A stretch of 63,103 nt of DNA, filler included, from Thermoplasmatota archaeon (GTDB lineage: Archaea; Thermoplasmatota; E2; JACPAO01; JAHFTW01): the NCBI GenBank assembly GCA_041623215.1. It is 9 parts of 9 records of this genome, joined end to end, with 100 filler letters (N's around TTAATTAATTAA, not from the genome) between each part and the next. Parts side by side here need not be neighbours in the genome. Positions count along the whole stretch, not along the records: positions 56,344 to 63,103 come from JBFJXH010000096.1; 8 more parts are not named here. One strand, given 5' to 3'. Shown here piece after piece: positions 58,336 to 63,103 of the stretch; the stretch's first letter is position 1; each line of letters starts with the position of its first letter. The notes below the pieces were generated by a model. The model had not been told where the DNA came from, did not search any database, and saw nothing but the letters and a program-made list of their open reading frames with translations. Both the position numbers and the translations under genes were made by a program.

Positions 58336-59004
58336 ATGGCTGGCCTCGTCGGCTTGACGGCCTCGGACATGGACGTCCAAGATGCCACGGCAGCGGTTCG
58401 TTGGGCCTACGACGGCGAATGGATTCCTCACCCGGTCGTGCGCCTCACCACGACGCTGCCCGTGGCGGTAACGGCGGACGACGGCGTTCGCGAGATCCAA
58501 CGCGTGCGCTGGGGGTTCCCTGTTGGTCCTCGGCCGGTGGGGAATGCCCGCGACGACAAATTGCAAACCAGCCCCCTGTGGTCCAGGATGCTGGGCGAAG
58601 GCCATGCGTTGTTTGTCACCACGGGCATCTATGAGATGGTGAAAGGCGACGACGGTGCCACGCACAGTTACTGGTTTCGCCGCCGCGACAGGCGGCCAAT
58701 CGTGATGCCGGGGTTGGTGGCGCCGCGTAGCATCAAGGGAGAAGAACGCCTTTGTGGAGCCATCATCACGACCGAGCCGAATCACTTGTTTGGTCGCTAC
58801 CATGGTCGGCAGGTTTGCAGTTTGGAAGCGACAGACCTGGATGCATGGATGGAGGCGGATGCAGAATCCGCAATGCATCTCCTGCGCGCTGCCCCCGATG
58901 ATGCATGGGAGGCGGTACCTGTGGATAGCCGCATCTTTGCCAAGGGGCGCCGGGAACTGGAAGACCTAGTGGCCGTGGGTGAACCCGAGGTGTGGGATGG
59001 CTGA
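58336..59004 (+). CDS. SOS response-associated peptidase (SRAP/HMCES/YedK) family protein, divergent
   Basis: RWGF, NARDD, GIYEM, IITTEPN, YHGR motifs; N-terminus is MAG instead of MCG. Confidence 0.75.
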   Translation: MAGLVGLTASDMDVQDATAAVRWAYDGEWIPHPVVRLTTTLPVAVTADDGVREIQRVRWGFPVGPRPVGNARDDKLQTSPLWSRMLGEGHALFVTTGIYEMVKGDDGATHSYWFRRRDRRPIVMPGLVAPRSIKGEERLCGAIITTEPNHLFGRYHGRQVCSLEATDLDAWMEADAESAMHLLRAAPDDAWEAVPVDSRIFAKGRRELEDLVAVGEPEVWDG

Positions 59005-59035
59005 TGTGGCGGGCGCGTTGGCTGGGGAAAGGGCC

Positions 59036-60046
59036 TCAAAGGGCTGACTGCCAAATGGGCTCAGGTGGGGGAATCACCGGTTTGGTGGGGTGCGTCAAGG
59101 GGTCTGGTGTGGCGCCCGATAACCAGGCCAGAACAGCCTCTTCTTCGTAGCCAAAGGGCGAGAGCAAGGTTTCGATGCTTCGAGCCAAGAGGCGAAGATA
59201 ATGCAGTTTGTGCCCCGATAACCCAGAGGCTCCAAACCATGTTGACCCTTGGTCCCACAATTCAATAGGGACAACGCGGCCTTCGCGGGGGCCATCTTGG
59301 CGCGTTACGACGTACTTGACGTATTCACCGGCCCGACGCTCGGTGCCGGCGTTGCGTAAACGCCGCAGTGCCGTCTGTGTATTGGTGGTGGCAGTGTACG
59401 CCTCAACGGAGCGTGTTGCTTGCACCATAATACCGAGGCGCCGACCATCAACTCGCCCCTGGCGAAGTTCTTCGGCGGCAGCTTTAGCGACGGCCAGGGC
59501 GGCCGGGATTTGGGCGAGAAATTCCTCGGGCGTGTCGGCCTTGACGAATTCGTCCAGCATGCCTTGTTGCGTCTCGTAAATCCAATCACACGTAGAGTGG
59601 CGTTGCACTTCGATGCCGCGAACCTTGAGTTTACCATCGTCAAATTTCCCGTAATATCGGTTGGGGACGCCGACCGTGCCGGGGCCGGTGGCGGAATGGG
59701 TTTTGCTTGGCAGGAACACGACCCACTTGTACACGCCTTCGAGGTCCATGACGACGCCCACTTCGTCAGCGATGCGGCGGGCAATCCGCCTTGCATCGGC
59801 CCGGGTGAGGCCGGGTTTTTGCAGGAACGTACAATCGGTCATGGCGTGCACCATGGTGTAGCCGTCCGCTTGGGCGACGCGGCGGGCATCGGTCATTCCT
59901 TTGCGGCCAAAGCATTGGATGGCTTGGTGGACTTCGGCGCAGCCAAAGCGGGCGTTGCGGTAACGAAAGTATCCAAAGCACACTACGCCGATGGCTTTGT
60001 GCTCTGATTTGACCGCGGCGGCCTTCGCCACCAGGTCGTGGTCCAT
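59036..60046 (-). CDS. Family B DNA polymerase (PolB2-type), C-terminal part
   Basis: K....CFGYFRYRNARFG motif B, HAMTDC motif C variant, PNRYYG, KVRGIE. Confidence 0.85.
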   Translation of the reverse strand: MDHDLVAKAAAVKSEHKAIGVVCFGYFRYRNARFGCAEVHQAIQCFGRKGMTDARRVAQADGYTMVHAMTDCTFLQKPGLTRADARRIARRIADEVGVVMDLEGVYKWVVFLPSKTHSATGPGTVGVPNRYYGKFDDGKLKVRGIEVQRHSTCDWIYETQQGMLDEFVKADTPEEFLAQIPAALAVAKAAAEELRQGRVDGRRLGIMVQATRSVEAYTATTNTQTALRRLRNAGTERRAGEYVKYVVTRQDGPREGRVVPIELWDQGSTWFGASGLSGHKLHYLRLLARSIETLLSPFGYEEEAVLAWLSGATPDPLTHPTKPVIPPPEPIWQSAL

Positions 60047-60116
60047 ACCCTGATTTGGTTGCTGGTTGCCTTGGGCCGTTGCCCTAGTGGGGTGAAGCTA
60101 CTCTGTTAACAGGAGA

Positions 60117-60791
60117 CTACACCACGTACCGCCACACCACGACCACGTGGCACGCGGCGCCGACCATGACAAACAAGTGCCAAATGCCGTGAAAGCCGAT
60201 GTGTTCAGGCCACGGGTCGGGGCGCTTCAAAGCATACTGAACCGCGCCAACGGTGTAGGCAAGGCCGCCTGCCAGCAGCCACCACAAGGCTGCTGCGGGA
60301 AGTGCCTGAATCAGGGGCCAAACGGCCACCACGACCACCCAGCCCATGAGCAAATACAAGGCGACGGTGAGCCAGCGGGGACTGTTGGGCGTCACGGCCT
60401 TGAGGGTCACACCGGCCAGGCCGAGGCCCCACACGACGCCGGCAATGGACCAACCCCACGCGCCGCCAAGTGCCACCAAACTGATGGGCGTGTACGTGCC
60501 TGCGATGAGAAGAAAAATGGCAATGTGGTCGAGGCGCCGACTCACGGCGTGCCACTTGGGACCAAAGGAGCCGACAACGTGGTGGAAGGCACTGCTGGAA
60601 AAGAGCAGAATGAGGCTCGACCCATACAGGGCTACACTCGTTACCGCCAAGGCGCCCTCCGCTTGCAGGACCAGCATCACCAGCACGGGGATGGCGGCTG
60701 CCGCGCTCAAGGCGTGGGTCCAGAAACTGAACCGCTCCGCTTTGGGGGGCGCATGGGCATGCACGGCGTCGGCAACATGCACCGCATCCAT
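60117..60791 (-). CDS. Hemolysin III / PAQR family membrane protein
   Basis: E..S.WTH, S..HH, RRLDHIAIFLLIAGTYTP, YLLMGW, FHGIWHLFV. Confidence 0.92.
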   Translation of the reverse strand: MDAVHVADAVHAHAPPKAERFSFWTHALSAAAAIPVLVMLVLQAEGALAVTSVALYGSSLILLFSSSAFHHVVGSFGPKWHAVSRRLDHIAIFLLIAGTYTPISLVALGGAWGWSIAGVVWGLGLAGVTLKAVTPNSPRWLTVALYLLMGWVVVVAVWPLIQALPAAALWWLLAGGLAYTVGAVQYALKRPDPWPEHIGFHGIWHLFVMVGAACHVVVVWRYVV

Positions 60792-60878
60792 GCATCGTGG
60801 ATTGAGGTCGAGCTGAAAAGGAAACGCAAGCAAGGTCGCGATGCGGAGGGGGCGAGGGGGGACTCGGGAAGGGGTTGC

Positions 60879-62282
60879 TTAGTGCGCTGTTGCCTCCAGT
60901 TCCTCGGCTTTTGCTTGCCGCAGCACAGCCTTTGCCCACTTGCGATGTGGATTCAACTTTGCCAAAATGGCCGCTTGATGGCCCACGTTCTTCTGACAAA
61001 CATGATACCACAACTCTGGAATGAGAGGGGCATCAGGACAGCACGCGCAATTGATGGTGTCACTGCTAAGGTTGTGATGCACAATGAGACTTGGATAATA
61101 GCCACTGAAATCACAGGCAGCCACGTCGCCGTAAACGCCCGGCTTGGGCACCATGATTTGGCCGCCGCGGTCCACGGCACAAAGCGTCGCGGCATCCTTC
61201 CAATCCTCACTCAAGTTTCGCTTCCACGGCAACGCTACCCCCATGTCAATGGCGGCGTCAATCTGCATTTGCTGCAACGCGTACCCGGCACCATTACGGT
61301 TGATGTCCTGGGCGCGGCGATTGGACACACGTGCCAAGTACAGGATGCCATGGATGTCCTTCCGGTCGTCCTCCGAGTCCAACGTCTTCTTCGACAAATC
61401 AATGTGCCACCGACCACGCAAGTAGTAGGCGTGCGTCTTGAACAACCACCTGCCATAGGTATGGATTGACTTGGACTCCTGGTCGGGCCGGCCGACATCT
61501 GGGTCCCGGTCGCGACCTAGCCACACTTGCTCGCGAAGACCAAGCACGTCAATGCGCCGAAGCAAGTAGGGGAGGTCGAAGCGGTCCCCGTGCTTTGTGA
61601 ATAGGACATCTGGGTCCAGCACCGCCAAACGCCGACCCAGTTCCTGCAGGACAAGGCGTTCTTCCTCTTCGCTTCCAATCGTGCCCACTTGTAACACATG
61701 GTCTCCGATGCGAATCGCCAACAAGGCGTCGTCAAAATCAGCCACGTCACGCTTGGTGCCTTCCGCGTCCACGAAGACTTGTAGCCACGCACAACGAAGG
61801 CCCGGGTCCGGGTAATGAAGCAGCCACCGGTCCTCGTGCGGCGCCGGCTTCAACAGCGGCTGCCCAGATGAATCTGTGTCCAATCGGCACATGGTGAAGA
61901 GGTGATTTTCGTGCATCCAACGTGACTCGGGTTGATTGTCCACGTCATAGAACGTGAAGCCCTTACACCGGGTGGTGCGGCGCAAATCCGTGGCAACGCT
62001 ATGCATGGCTTGCATACGCTTCGGCTGCACGCGAAGAACCGGCTCCGGCTCGCCTCGCAACCACAACACTTGCTCATCGCGCCACGTTCGCGCTACGCGT
62101 TGATCTAACGCTAGGTGCGCCTCGGCCTGCGCGAGAGGTTCCTGCTCCGCCTTGACGCAAAAATGGGGTTGATAATCCACCAGTTGCTTCGATACGCGGC
62201 GGCCCTGCTTCACCCAAACAACGAGCTTGGATTGACGCGGATGCGGGTACACATCAAACAGCCAAGGGTCAACGGGTGGCAT
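60879..62282 (-). CDS. Family B DNA polymerase (PolB2-type), N-terminal part
   Basis: WLFDVYP...VVW N-terminus, DPDVL.T.HGD.FDLPYL exo II, DRGG....PKPGVY, DFSGYYPSLI..HNLS.DT.NC.CC motif A. Confidence 0.85.
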   Translation of the reverse strand: MPPVDPWLFDVYPHPRQSKLVVWVKQGRRVSKQLVDYQPHFCVKAEQEPLAQAEAHLALDQRVARTWRDEQVLWLRGEPEPVLRVQPKRMQAMHSVATDLRRTTRCKGFTFYDVDNQPESRWMHENHLFTMCRLDTDSSGQPLLKPAPHEDRWLLHYPDPGLRCAWLQVFVDAEGTKRDVADFDDALLAIRIGDHVLQVGTIGSEEEERLVLQELGRRLAVLDPDVLFTKHGDRFDLPYLLRRIDVLGLREQVWLGRDRDPDVGRPDQESKSIHTYGRWLFKTHAYYLRGRWHIDLSKKTLDSEDDRKDIHGILYLARVSNRRAQDINRNGAGYALQQMQIDAAIDMGVALPWKRNLSEDWKDAATLCAVDRGGQIMVPKPGVYGDVAACDFSGYYPSLIVHHNLSSDTINCACCPDAPLIPELWYHVCQKNVGHQAAILAKLNPHRKWAKAVLRQAKAEELEATAH

Positions 62283-63103
62283 GAATCGTGCCCCGTTGCG
62301 TCAGTGCATCAAGTGGCGACCGGATGCCCAGGCGGTTCTGTGTGGCAACGTGCGTGTACACCATGGTGGTCTTGATGTCCTTGTGGCCCAGCAAATCCTG
62401 AATGGACCGAATATCGGTTCCTGCCTCCAGCAAGTGCGTGGCAAAACTGTGCCGCAAGGTATGGATGGTGGCCGGTTTACTGACTCGGGCTCGCCGGGCG
62501 GCCGCTTTGAACCCCTTTTGAAACGCACTTGGATGCTGATGATGCCGACGAATGATGCCACTACGCGGGTCCTTCGACACCGACTGGGCCGGAAAAGCCC
62601 AAAACCAACCCCATTCCCGACCGGCATTCGGATACTTTCGCTCCAACGCAAGTGGCAAAGCAACGCCCGGCAAACCAGACGCACGGTCCTGCTCGAATAA
62701 CGCCCTTGTCTGCTTCATGTGATGCTCCCAATCGTTTCTCAGGGACGCCGGCAAAACCGTCAACCGATCCTTGTCGCCCTTGCCCGAACGAATCGTCAAG
62801 ACGCCCCGGTCAAAGTCAACATCCTTGACACGCAACTCCAAACACTCCTGCAAGCGAAGGCCAGCACCATAGATGAGGCGCGCCATCAAACTAAATGGCT
62901 CACGCAGCAGGGCCACAATGGCAAACACTTCGTCGCTGGAAAGAACAACCGGCAACCGTCGCGTCCGCCGAGCCCGCACCGTCTTTGACAAATCCTCAAT
63001 GTCCACCTGCAACACGTTGCGATAGAAGAACAACAACGCGTTGAAGGCTTGATTCTGCGTCGATGCTGAGACCTGCTGCTCAACCGCCAAGAAGCTCAAG
63101 AAC
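62269..63103 (-). mobile_element. intI: Integron integrase (IntI-type tyrosine recombinase), 5' truncated
   Basis: ASTQNQA, LPVVLS, YGAGLR, GKGDKDR, IntI-specific insert LP.AL.RKYPNA..EW.W.W.FP...RRHH, HTLRHSFATHLL, LLGH, YTHV, SPLD. Confidence 0.92.

Noticed and set aside
60047..60878. hlyIII as an integron gene cassette with an attC site
   Set aside because: No RYYYAAC...GTTRRRY pair with L boxes visible downstream; only a short imperfect palindrome. A covariance-model scan would be needed to exclude it fully.
59036..62282. Split intein joining the PolB halves
   Set aside because: No intein N-terminal block at the end of polB-N and no His-Asn + Cys/Ser/Thr junction at the start of polB-C.

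Overview
The window is not one locus. It is nine ~6.8-7.1 kb contigs in decreasing length order (1-7146, 7247-14350, 14451-21495, 21596-28527, 28628-35488, 35589-42429, 42530-49350, 49451-56243, 56344-63103), joined by artificial 100-nt spacers (44 N + TTAATTAATTAA + 44 N). MCM, Hef, NMD3-DUF424, THUMP tRNA methyltransferase, UPF0201 and TATA-type promoters indicate a GC-rich archaeon, probably Thermoplasmatota (inference). Most genes are housekeeping: his, pur and pro genes, fatty-acid metabolism, ABC transporters and large surface proteins. Contigs 1 and 9 share an exact 141-bp overlap inside rnz and are probably adjacent. Main highlights: (i) a stand-alone half-size protein resembling the C-terminal half of eukaryotic deoxyhypusine hydroxylase (51877-52386); (ii) a cluster of an integron integrase, a PolB2-type polymerase split in its fingers region by a hemolysin-III gene, and a SRAP protein lacking its catalytic Cys (58336-63103); (iii) a mycobacterial-type egtB-X-egtD-egtC ergothioneine cluster tail-to-tail with the his genes; (iv) a NikR-like regulator divergent from a ZIP transporter with a 7-N16-7 palindrome between them. 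All family assignments come from motif recognition by eye; no searches were run.
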